From Acutalibacteraceae bacterium (lineage in GTDB: Bacteria; Bacillota; Clostridia; Oscillospirales; Acutalibacteraceae), in the NCBI GenBank assembly GCA_963629305.1, contig CAVGIJ010000008.1, positions 19,781 to 83,780 on the forward strand: a DNA stretch of 64,000 nucleotides, given 5' to 3'. The notes under the pieces are model-generated. The model saw only the letters and a list, made by a program, of their open reading frames with translations. It made no database searches and had not been told where the DNA came from. Position numbers and translations under genes: made by a program. Positions 8,256-16,495 of this stretch are shown here, piece by piece (the stretch's first letter is position 1; every line of letters begins with the position of its first letter).

Positions 8256-10151
8256 ATGGTAGGAAGTTATTTGACAACTACATTTTTTCTGCTGTTTTTC
8301 CTGATGATACTTTTTATTCGTTCAAATGTCGCTTTTCATGAACCGGCAATACGCAGATGCAGCCTTGCTCTCATAGGATCCACGATGGCATATGTCCTTA
8401 TGGATGGTGTTTTTATCGCCTGGGACCTTATCCCGAATACTCCTGCCAGGGGATTTGCCGCCATAGCCTTCTTGTTTTACATTACATATACTATGTTGCC
8501 TTTGGCTTGGCACACATTTACAAGAAATTTTGTCGGAAAAACCATAAGCGACAGATTAAAAAGAATTGAGTATATTCCCGGAATCGCTTTGATGATAAGC
8601 GTACTTATAACACCCTTTACCGGTGCTCTGTTTTCAATTGCGGAGGATGGCTCATATGTAAGAGGCCCGTTTTTCACAGCTTATTCCGTACTTAACTTGT
8701 TTTATTATATTGAACCGATAACGGATGCGATTGTGATTCGTATAAGACATAAGCAATCGATTGAGAAATATTATCGAAAGGCAATATGGGTTTCTCTCAT
8801 TCCGCTGTCAGCTACAATAATAAACAGTTTTGCCATACCTATTTATCAAGTTTATCCTTTTATGCCATTCTGCTCGGTTGCGGTATCCTCACTTGCATTT
8901 TTGTTTATGGCGTCGGTGAATTCGGATACTCTGCAAAGAGAAACGAATGAAAAAGTTCAATCGGCATTGGAAAAGGCGCAAGAGGCAAATCTTGCAAAAA
9001 CGAAATTTCTTTCAAATGTAAGTCATGATATTCGCACACCGATGAATGCTATCATCAATCTTACGGATTTAGCCCGTAAAGAAAATGACATCAATCTCAT
9101 ACATGATTATTTGGAAAAAATAAGTTTATCCGGCGATTTTCTTCTCGGACTTATAGATGATATTTTGGATATGAGCCGTATTGAGAGTGGCAAATTGGAA
9201 TTTCATAAAGAACCTTTAACGAGATCTGAATTTTTGGACACCATAAATACAGTTGTGCGTCCGCTTATGGATGAACGCCACATAAACTTTCATCTTGAAA
9301 CCGCCCCCGGAACTTATAAAATCTATGTGGATAAACTGCGCTATAATCAGATTTTCTTTAATTTGCTGTCAAATGCCGCAAAATTTACACCTGAGGGTGG
9401 CGATGTATGGTTTGAAATAAAGAATCTCTTGTATGATGACAATAAATTAAAAATCCAATTTACCGTAAGAGACAACGGAATCGGTATGAGCAAGGAATTT
9501 CTTGAACATATTTTTGAGCCGTTTTCAAGAGAAGAACGCTCGGACCTCGGTTACAGTATTCCCGGCACAGGACTCGGATTGGCAATTGTCAAGAGGCTTG
9601 TTGAGGCGATGGATGGAACTGTTTCCGTTAAAAGCAAGTTTGGTGAGGGCTCGGAGTTTGTTGCAACAATATTCGCTGATGTTATTGGAGAGGATAATTC
9701 CGATATACCATCAGGATACAAAGAAGATGAACATCAAGATGAAAAATTCGCTAAACTAAAAGGAATTCGCGTGTTAATGGTAGAGGATAATGAACTCAAC
9801 GTGTATGTCGCTCGCACTATCCTTGAAAAAATCGGATGCGAAGTCACATTGGCAAATAACGGACAAGAAGCACTCAATATCTTTGTATCGTCTGAGCAAG
9901 ATTCATTTGATATTATTTTAATGGACGTACGCATGCCGATTATGGATGGATTTACAGCAACACAAACCATACGCAATCTAGCCCGGCCGGATGCCAAATC
10001 TATTCCTATTATTGCGGTGACTGCCGACGCTTTTGATGAAGATCGTATTTCTGCAGACAAAGTCGGAATGACTGATTATCTAAGCAAACCTATTGATTCG
10101 CAAAAACTTTACAGAATTATAGAAAAATATGTTGCCGTCGGTAAAAAATGA
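8256..10151 (+). CDS. Hybrid sensor histidine kinase (polytopic sensor, HisKA, HATPase_c and REC)
   Basis: About 230 aa of multi-TM N-terminus; H-box FLSNVSHDIRTPMNAI; N/G boxes LLSNAAKFT, DNGIGM, GTGLGLAIV; receiver VLMVEDNELN...IILMDVRMPIMDG...KP. GTG 8247 is an alternative start. Confidence 0.9.
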   Translation: MVGSYLTTTFFLLFFLMILFIRSNVAFHEPAIRRCSLALIGSTMAYVLMDGVFIAWDLIPNTPARGFAAIAFLFYITYTMLPLAWHTFTRNFVGKTISDRLKRIEYIPGIALMISVLITPFTGALFSIAEDGSYVRGPFFTAYSVLNLFYYIEPITDAIVIRIRHKQSIEKYYRKAIWVSLIPLSATIINSFAIPIYQVYPFMPFCSVAVSSLAFLFMASVNSDTLQRETNEKVQSALEKAQEANLAKTKFLSNVSHDIRTPMNAIINLTDLARKENDINLIHDYLEKISLSGDFLLGLIDDILDMSRIESGKLEFHKEPLTRSEFLDTINTVVRPLMDERHINFHLETAPGTYKIYVDKLRYNQIFFNLLSNAAKFTPEGGDVWFEIKNLLYDDNKLKIQFTVRDNGIGMSKEFLEHIFEPFSREERSDLGYSIPGTGLGLAIVKRLVEAMDGTVSVKSKFGEGSEFVATIFADVIGEDNSDIPSGYKEDEHQDEKFAKLKGIRVLMVEDNELNVYVARTILEKIGCEVTLANNGQEALNIFVSSEQDSFDIILMDVRMPIMDGFTATQTIRNLARPDAKSIPIIAVTADAFDEDRISADKVGMTDYLSKPIDSQKLYRIIEKYVAVGKK

Positions 10152-10167
10152 TGAGAGGATGATGAGT

Positions 10168-11664
10168 ATGGAGAAAAGTAAGATATTGATTGTTGACGAT
10201 CTTAAGCTGAACTGTGAAATGTTAAGCGAAATATTGGGAGATCAGTACGAGTATACATACGCCGAAGATGGAATTAAGGCGTTGAATATTCTCAGCAAAC
10301 TTCAAATTCCGGATATCATTTTGCTTGACTTAAACATGCCGAAAATGAACGGCATGGATGTTCTGCGTGCGATGAATGTAAATCGTATGATTGAAAAAAT
10401 TCCTGTTATTATCATATCCGCAGAGGAAGATGATTCAATTATTTCACAAGCGTATAAACTCGGTGCAACCGACTTCATTACCCGTCCTTTCCGCGCTTGT
10501 GTGGTACAGAATCGCGTAAGCAATACACTGCTTGTTTTCAAAAATCAAAGAACCCTTCTTCATATGGTTGAAAATCAAGTTAAAGAGCGCGAAAAAATCA
10601 ACAATTCAATGATCAATATTTTCAGTAATATCATTGAGCAAAGGAATCATGAATCGGGAAGTCATACATTGAATGTCCAGAATATCACAAATCTCATACT
10701 TCACAGATTAGTCGAAATCACAGATAAGTATGAGATTAGGGAGACGGACATTGTACTTATTTCATCGCTTGCGGCAATGCATGATCTCGGTAAAATCAAG
10801 ATACCTGAATCCATTCTTAATAAACCGGGAAAATTGACGGAAGAAGAATGGGCATTGATGAAAACGCATACCACCGAGGGCGACAAAATGCTGAGTGACG
10901 AGAGCTTTGACCAAAACAGCAAATTCGTACGTACCGCTCGTACCATATGTCGTCACCATCACGAAAAGTATGACGGAAACGGCTATCCGGATGGGCTTAA
11001 AGGAGATGAAATTCCTATTTCCGCGCAGGTTGTTTCTATAGCGGATGTTTATGATGCATTGACCAGTGACCGTTGTTATAAAAAGGCCTTTTCGCATGAA
11101 AGAGCAATGGAAATGATACTCGGCGGTGAGTGTGGCATATTTAATCCGTTGATTTTAAAATGTTTGACGGATATTTCCGAGCAACTCAAGGAACTTATGC
11201 GTAACAGCGGGCATATTGATTATCAAAGCGATATATCCGGAATAATAGGAGAATTGCTTGCAAACAATGATTTGCCGAAGGATGATGCTTTGTGTAAATT
11301 GCTTGACAATGAGAGTAAGAAAAAATTCTTCTTTATGGAAAATTGTTACGGCGTTTTGTTTGAATACGATAAATTGCTGCATAAAATCACATATGTTTAT
11401 CCGCAAGAACTTGGCGAAGCAAAGCGAAAAGTGGCTTTTAATTCACGAACCAGTGAGGATAATCTTCTTCCGATTGAGTATTGGGATGCATTGCGCGAAA
11501 AATTGTTGCTGACAACGAGTGATGACCCTGTTGTTAGGATGGATGTTGAATTGCGACTTAACGGTAAATTGTTCCCTTGTCATGCTACCGCGATGGCTAT
11601 TTGGTCTGATGACGGACATGATTATATAAGCGTTGTCGGACATTTTACACCAATATATTTGTGA
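10168..11664 (+). CDS. Response regulator with HD-GYP output domain and an unassigned C-terminal domain
   Basis: REC domain (ILIVDD...IILLDLNMPKMNG...KP). HD-GYP domain (AAMHDLGKIKIP...HHEKYDGNGYPDGL...ADVYDALTSDRCYK). The last 150 aa or so carry no motif I recognise. Confidence 0.9.
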   Translation: MEKSKILIVDDLKLNCEMLSEILGDQYEYTYAEDGIKALNILSKLQIPDIILLDLNMPKMNGMDVLRAMNVNRMIEKIPVIIISAEEDDSIISQAYKLGATDFITRPFRACVVQNRVSNTLLVFKNQRTLLHMVENQVKEREKINNSMINIFSNIIEQRNHESGSHTLNVQNITNLILHRLVEITDKYEIRETDIVLISSLAAMHDLGKIKIPESILNKPGKLTEEEWALMKTHTTEGDKMLSDESFDQNSKFVRTARTICRHHHEKYDGNGYPDGLKGDEIPISAQVVSIADVYDALTSDRCYKKAFSHERAMEMILGGECGIFNPLILKCLTDISEQLKELMRNSGHIDYQSDISGIIGELLANNDLPKDDALCKLLDNESKKKFFFMENCYGVLFEYDKLLHKITYVYPQELGEAKRKVAFNSRTSEDNLLPIEYWDALREKLLLTTSDDPVVRMDVELRLNGKLFPCHATAMAIWSDDGHDYISVVGHFTPIYL

Positions 11665-11711
11665 TTATAGGACAGACGTTTGAACTAAAAGATTATTACC
11701 TATCATAAGAA

Positions 11712-11745
11712 AAAGAGCCATACCATGAAGGTATAGCTCTTTTTT
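11712..11745. terminator. Bidirectional terminator between the HD-GYP regulator gene and tmRNA
   Basis: AGAGCCATACC/GGTATAGCTCT hairpin flanked by an A-run and a T-run. Confidence 0.6.
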
Positions 11746-12093
11746 GGTGGAGACGGCGGTAATCGAAACCGCGTCCGAAAACCCATCCACACAACTTTCT
11801 ACGAGTGTATATTGTCTTTTTTGATTCCCTCGAGCAGTCGCCGGCAATCAGGCTAAAGCTTTCGGTAGTTCCAAGGTCATGACTGTGTCCGGAACAAGGC
11901 ACAGTTCACGTTCACCGCCGGTAGACGCCTTATGTTAAGTCGCGGTACTCTTAACTAAGACGGGTTGCACTTAGGCAGCCTGTAAAACTGGTTTGTTGTC
12001 GTTTCTTTTGAAAACGTGTAAGGGATTAAAGTGGGCTTACACCACTACTCGCTTATCGTGATTCAGAATCCCCGTCGAAATCCTTTCGTCCCC
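11745..12093 (-). ncRNA. ssrA: tmRNA (SsrA)
   Basis: The reverse strand starts GGGGACGAAAGGATTTCGACGGGG and ends GGACGCGGTTTCGATTACCGCCGTCTCCACCA, a tRNA-Ala-like acceptor and T-arm. An internal tag frame ends ...GCT GCC TAA. The gene lies next to smpB. Confidence 0.92.
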
Positions 12094-12094
12094 G

Positions 12095-12164
12095 AATATG
12101 ACCGGAACTCATCTGTTCCGATTTTTTTATAAAAAAATCTCCACTAATTCGTTCCGGTCATATT
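12095..12164. repeat. 14-bp perfect inverted repeat abutting the tmRNA 5' end, enclosing an A/T palindrome
   Basis: AATATGACCGGAAC (12095-12108) is the reverse complement of GTTCCGGTCATATT (12151-12164). The centre holds ATTTTTTTATAAAAAAAT (12121-12138). Confidence 0.7.
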
Positions 12165-12201
12165 TGTGCCCCGGGTCAAAAAAGTTTTGATTGTTTTATT
12201 T

Positions 12202-12684
12202 TCAGCGTGTGCGCTCTTTGAAGGCGCGTTCTGCCTCGCGCTGCGCATCTTTTCGTGCAATGGTTTCTCGTTTGTCGTAACTCTTTTTACCTTTGCAGAG
12301 ACCGACCTGGATTTTAAGTCTGCCTCTGTTAAAGTATGCTGAGAGAGGTATGAGCGTTAAACCCTGCTGCTTGGTCTGACCGAACAGCTTCTCAATTTCG
12401 CGTTTGTGCATGAGAAGCTTTCTTTTCCTCATTGGGTCGCGGTTGAAGATGTTTCCGTGATCGTATGGGCTTATATGCATGCCGTTTACGAATATTTCGC
12501 CTGAGTCTATGCTGCACCATGCATCCTTTAAGTTAATCTTGCCTTGACGAACAGATTTGACCTCTGTTCCGAAAAGCTCGATACCCGCTTCATAACTGTC
12601 GAGTACGAAATAGTCGTGGTATGCCTTTTTATTTGTTGCAACGGTTGTAAGACCGTTGTCTTTTTTTTCTGCCACGTATTTCAT
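12202..12684 (-). CDS. smpB: SsrA-binding protein SmpB
   Basis: ATNKKAYHDYF...GTEVKS...ISPY...RKRKLL-HKREI canonical SmpB sequence, 160 aa. Confidence 0.95.
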   Translation of the reverse strand: MKYVAEKKDNGLTTVATNKKAYHDYFVLDSYEAGIELFGTEVKSVRQGKINLKDAWCSIDSGEIFVNGMHISPYDHGNIFNRDPMRKRKLLMHKREIEKLFGQTKQQGLTLIPLSAYFNRGRLKIQVGLCKGKKSYDKRETIARKDAQREAERAFKERTR

Positions 12685-12702
12685 CTCCTTACGGTTGCGA
12701 AA

Positions 12703-13302
12703 TTATATCTCGCGTCTTCCTTCCATGGCACGTGTAAGTGTTACCTCGTCCGCGTATTCAAGATCTGCACCCACCGGTACGCCGTATGCAAGGCGCGTGA
12801 CCTTCACCCCGAAGGGCTTTAAAAGCCTTGAAATATACATCGCCGTTGCCTCGCCCTCGACAGTGGGGTTGGTTGCCATGATGACCTCTTTTACGCCGTC
12901 GAGACGCGAAAGAAGCTCCTTTATTGTAAGATCGTCCGGCCCTATTCCTCCTATAGGGGAAATGGCACCGTGAAGAACGTGATAGGTTCCGTCGTACTCG
13001 CGTGTACGCTCTATTGCAACAACATCCCTCGGGTCTTCAACAACACAGATGACGGATTTGTCACGTGCCTCATTTCTGCATACATTGCAAAGCTCATCTT
13101 CTGTAAGGTTGCAGCATATGGCACACTTATGTATTTTTTCGTGCGCTGAAAGTATGGCATCTGCAAATTTCCTGGCATCATCCGGATTCATGTTGAGAAC
13201 GTGGAATGCCATTCGCTGTGCACTTTTTTCACCGACGCCGGGCATGCGACGAAACTGGTTTACTAGTTCCTCAAGTGAGGCGAGATTGTAGCCGAGACTC
13301 AT
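12703..13302 (-). CDS. recR: Recombination protein RecR
   Basis: [11 protein letters not shown] HhH motif, C4 zinc finger CxxCxnCxxC, and a Toprim region. Confidence 0.95.
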   Translation of the reverse strand: MSLGYNLASLEELVNQFRRMPGVGEKSAQRMAFHVLNMNPDDARKFADAILSAHEKIHKCAICCNLTEDELCNVCRNEARDKSVICVVEDPRDVVAIERTREYDGTYHVLHGAISPIGGIGPDDLTIKELLSRLDGVKEVIMATNPTVEGEATAMYISRLLKPFGVKVTRLAYGVPVGADLEYADEVTLTRAMEGRREI

Positions 13303-13304
13303 AA

Positions 13305-13655
13305 TTATAATAATCCGCCGAGACCGGGAATATTCATTCCGCCGGTGATTTTATTCATCTCTCGTTCCATTGTCTCGCTTGCTTTTCTCATGGCTTCATT
13401 TGTTGCTGCCATAAGCATGTCCTCGAGCATCTCAACGTCTTCCGGGTCAACGACATCCGGCTGAATTTTAATGCTTTTGACTTCGTGAGAACCGTTTACG
13501 GTAACCTCAACTGCTCCGCCGCCTGAGCTTGCAGTGAATTCCGACTCTTCGACAGACTTCTGCGTTGCCTCCATGTCCTCCTGCATTTTCTGAATTTGTT
13601 TCATCATTCCGGCCTGGTTCATGCCCTTGCCCGAATTTGGTACTCTGGCTTTCAT
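13305..13655 (-). CDS. ybaB: YbaB/EbfC family nucleoid-associated protein
   Basis: [13 protein letters not shown]...GGGAV-V-V-G.-E...I..- pattern, in the conserved dnaX-ybaB-recR order. Confidence 0.9.
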   Translation of the reverse strand: MKARVPNSGKGMNQAGMMKQIQKMQEDMEATQKSVEESEFTASSGGGAVEVTVNGSHEVKSIKIQPDVVDPEDVEMLEDMLMAATNEAMRKASETMEREMNKITGGMNIPGLGGLL

Positions 13656-13659
13656 TTTT

Positions 13660-15321
13660 TTACTCCTCTATAAATAAACTGAAATCAATTTGATTGTCAT
13701 TTTTTATGTTGCTGATAAATGCGTCAAGCGGATCTGCATCCGTCTGCGATGTATCTGCCGTCAAGTCCGGATCCTCTTCTGTTATAACAGGGTTCAGATA
13801 TTCTCCGAGAACCGTAAATGTTGCGTTGTATATGTTTTGCCTGTGCGGTTCAACGGGGACAAAGCGTTTTAGCAAAACATTGTCGGTGAAGATAAGGAGA
13901 GAGTCACCTTTTTTGTATGCTTTTGCGCTGTTCATCGTGCCGATGAGCAATTTATCGGTATTTACAACCTCCCGCACGATTGCATTCCATGTGTTTGTCG
14001 GAATCGGACCGTCGGAAACGGTTTCATTAAGCGAAACATAGTTGCTTATGCCGTCATCCGGCATAACTTGCGCAGTCGCTTCAGAAGTCACAACAGCCGG
14101 TGTCGGCTCTGTATGCATGAACGGTTCTGTGCTTTCAGGCGGGTCTGTACTCTCGACGGGCTTTACATTTTCAGTTGGTGCTGCAGTTGCAGTCGGTGCA
14201 GGGTTTGTGTGTTCAACCGGAGTCTGGGCGACAGATTCGATGGTGTTTCCGCAAAGCTTTATTATTGCCATTTCCATCTCAACGCGTCTGTTGAGGCCTT
14301 TTCGAAGATTTGAAACAGTATCGCCGAGCACATTCAGCACTTCAAGGATGTAGTTCATGCTGTATCGTGAAGCTGAATCAATATACTCCGACAGCTCCTG
14401 ATCCGAACAAACTATAAGGTCCTTCGGGTCTTTGACCGCACGACATATCATAAGATTTCTGAAGTGATTTGTAAGCTCGTTGCACAGCCTTTCCATATCA
14501 CAGGAACGGTTGTGAAGCTCATTTATTTTTTCAAGTGCCGATGCACTGTCTTTGTTAAGTATAGCTTCCGAGAGGCTGAAAAGGTAATCCTTTCCGGCAA
14601 GTCCTACCGCTTCGTTTACAATTTCGGTTGTTATATTTCTGCTGTGTCCAATACACTGATCCATTATGGACAATGCATCGCGCAGTGCTCCGTCCGCAAG
14701 ACGTGCGATAAGCATTGCGGCATCGGCGTCAAGTGTGAGATCCTCTCTTTCGGCAACGTATGCAAGCCGCTTTGCAATGTCCTCCGGAGTTATGCGTTTA
14801 AAGTCGAAACGTTGACAACGTGAAAGAATAGTTGCGGGAAGCTTATGTACTTCTGTTGTTGCAAGGATAAATTTCACGTGCTCAGGCGGTTCCTCAAGTG
14901 TTTTAAGGAGCGCATTGAAGGCCCCTGTTGAGAGCATATGTACTTCGTCGATGATATACACTCTGTACTTGCCGCCGACCGGTGTGAAGTTTGCTTCGTC
15001 GCGTATGTCACGTATGTTGTCAACACCGTTGTTTGATGCTGCGTCAATCTCAATGACATCCATTACGGAACCGTTGTCTATGCCTCTGCAGGTTTCGCAC
15101 TCGCCGCACGGATCACCGTTTACAGGGTGCTCGCAGTTGACAGCTTTTGCAAAGATTTTTGCACATGTTGTTTTACCCGTGCCGCGCGATCCGGTGAAAA
15201 GGTACGCATGAGAGTGACGTCCTGTCCGGATTTCGTTCATAAGGGTAGTTGTTATGTGATCCTGACCGACAACATCGGCAAAAACCTGCGGTCTCCATTT
15301 TCTGTAAAGAGCCTGATACAT
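13660..15321 (-). CDS. dnaX: DNA polymerase III subunit gamma/tau
   Basis: YRKWRPQ-F-DVVGQ, Walker A GSRGTGKTT, zinc module CxxCxxC, and DEVHMLS. Confidence 0.95.
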   Translation of the reverse strand: MYQALYRKWRPQVFADVVGQDHITTTLMNEIRTGRHSHAYLFTGSRGTGKTTCAKIFAKAVNCEHPVNGDPCGECETCRGIDNGSVMDVIEIDAASNNGVDNIRDIRDEANFTPVGGKYRVYIIDEVHMLSTGAFNALLKTLEEPPEHVKFILATTEVHKLPATILSRCQRFDFKRITPEDIAKRLAYVAEREDLTLDADAAMLIARLADGALRDALSIMDQCIGHSRNITTEIVNEAVGLAGKDYLFSLSEAILNKDSASALEKINELHNRSCDMERLCNELTNHFRNLMICRAVKDPKDLIVCSDQELSEYIDSASRYSMNYILEVLNVLGDTVSNLRKGLNRRVEMEMAIIKLCGNTIESVAQTPVEHTNPAPTATAAPTENVKPVESTDPPESTEPFMHTEPTPAVVTSEATAQVMPDDGISNYVSLNETVSDGPIPTNTWNAIVREVVNTDKLLIGTMNSAKAYKKGDSLLIFTDNVLLKRFVPVEPHRQNIYNATFTVLGEYLNPVITEEDPDLTADTSQTDADPLDAFISNIKNDNQIDFSLFIEE

Positions 15322-15351
15322 GAAAACTTACCCTCCCGAAATTTTGTAGAA

Positions 15352-15515
15352 AAAAAGCAGGGGTCCTTCACTTGACCATACGGCGAGCAGGCGGACTGTG
15401 GCGCTCAGGGCTAACCGCTTAATGCTGCTCGGTTCCCCGCCTGACATGATTCACAGCGCTCTGCCGCACAGGACCCACACGCCATATGGTCAAACAAAAG
15501 CTCACTCTGCTTTTA
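15352..15515 (-). ncRNA. ffs: Signal recognition particle RNA (short form); the ends are approximate
   Basis: The reverse strand contains CATGTCAGGCGGGGAACCGAGCAGCATTAAGCGG, matching the conserved domain IV GUCAGGUCCGGAAGGAAGCAGC. It is closed by TTGACCATATGGCG/CGCCGTATGGTCAA and an outer AAAAGCAG/CTGCTTTT helix plus T-run. TTGATT-17-TATAAT lies upstream, and the position just upstream of dnaX is the classic Firmicute one. Confidence 0.8.
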
Positions 15516-15619
15516 TCATTTGACATTATATATGAAAATGCTTTTAAAATCAATAGTAAAAGTCTTATAAATCGCCTCTTGGGATGAGGCGAAAAAGCGC
15601 ATTATATTGTGGTTTTTTG

Positions 15620-15648
15620 TTGTAAAATACCGCAATGGGTGGTATAAT
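15620..15648 (+). promoter_or_regulatory. Candidate promoter for rlmB
   Basis: TTGTAA, a 17-nt spacer, then TATAAT with an upstream TGG. Confidence 0.5.
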
Positions 15649-15706
15649 GTATTTTAATAATATCTAGATGTGGCTATCAAAGTGTTATCGGGGGCTCGAA
15701 AATTTG

Positions 15707-16480
15707 ATGAAAGAAACACACGAAAGCGAAAACCGGACGGATCTCATAATAGGCAGAAATCCTGTTATGGAAGCACTCAAAGCCGGGAGAGAAATTGATA
15801 CTCTCTTTGTTGCGAAAGGAGAAAGGAATCAAGGGTCTGTCGGAAAGATAATTGCCATGTGCAGAGATGCCGGGGTAATAGTAAAGGACACTGATCAGAA
15901 AAAACTTGACTATATGTGCCAAAACGGTAACCATCAAGGTGTCATAGCAAGAGTATCGGCACATACATATGCAACCGTAGACGATATATTCAAAAAAGCA
16001 GAAGAAAAGGGAGAGCCGCCGTTTATAATAATCTGCGATGAGATAGAGGATCCGCATAACTTAGGCGCGATAATAAGAACCGCCGAGTGTGCCGGGGCGC
16101 ACGGAGTTATCATTCCGAAACGGAGAAGTGCAACATTGGGCTTTACGGTTGCCAAGACTGCGGCAGGTGCACTTGAGTATATGCCGGTTGCAAGAGTGAG
16201 CAATCTGGCAGTCACAATCGATGAACTGAAAGAGCGCGGAGTTTGGGTATACGGCACTGATATGAACGGAGAAGTGTGGTGTAAGACGGATCTTACGGGG
16301 CCGCTTGCATTGATTATAGGCTCGGAAGGTTCGGGTATGGGACGACTGGTAAGAGAAAAATGTGACTTTGTTCTTTCTCTTCCGCTTCGGGGTGAAATCA
16401 ATTCACTTAATGCGTCTGTTGCAGCCGGAATAACCATGTATGAAGTAAGCCGCCAAAGGCTGAAGATAAAAAGCATTTAG
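15707..16480 (+). CDS. rlmB: 23S rRNA (guanosine-2'-O-)-methyltransferase, TrmH/SpoU family (RlmB-like)
   Basis: GRNPVMEAL N-terminal domain; SpoU motifs DPHNLGAIIRTA, GSEGSGM and LNASVAAGI. Confidence 0.85.
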   Translation: MKETHESENRTDLIIGRNPVMEALKAGREIDTLFVAKGERNQGSVGKIIAMCRDAGVIVKDTDQKKLDYMCQNGNHQGVIARVSAHTYATVDDIFKKAEEKGEPPFIIICDEIEDPHNLGAIIRTAECAGAHGVIIPKRRSATLGFTVAKTAAGALEYMPVARVSNLAVTIDELKERGVWVYGTDMNGEVWCKTDLTGPLALIIGSEGSGMGRLVREKCDFVLSLPLRGEINSLNASVAAGITMYEVSRQRLKIKSI

Positions 16481-16495
16481 AAAGGGGTGTCTCAA

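Noticed and set aside
11665-12200. A genomic island integrated at the tmRNA 3' end, or at the tRNA-fMet at 32188..32263.
   Set aside because: There is no integrase or recombinase gene, and I saw no duplicated copy of the tmRNA or tRNA 3' end acting as an att repeat. The flanking genes are ordinary chromosomal genes.
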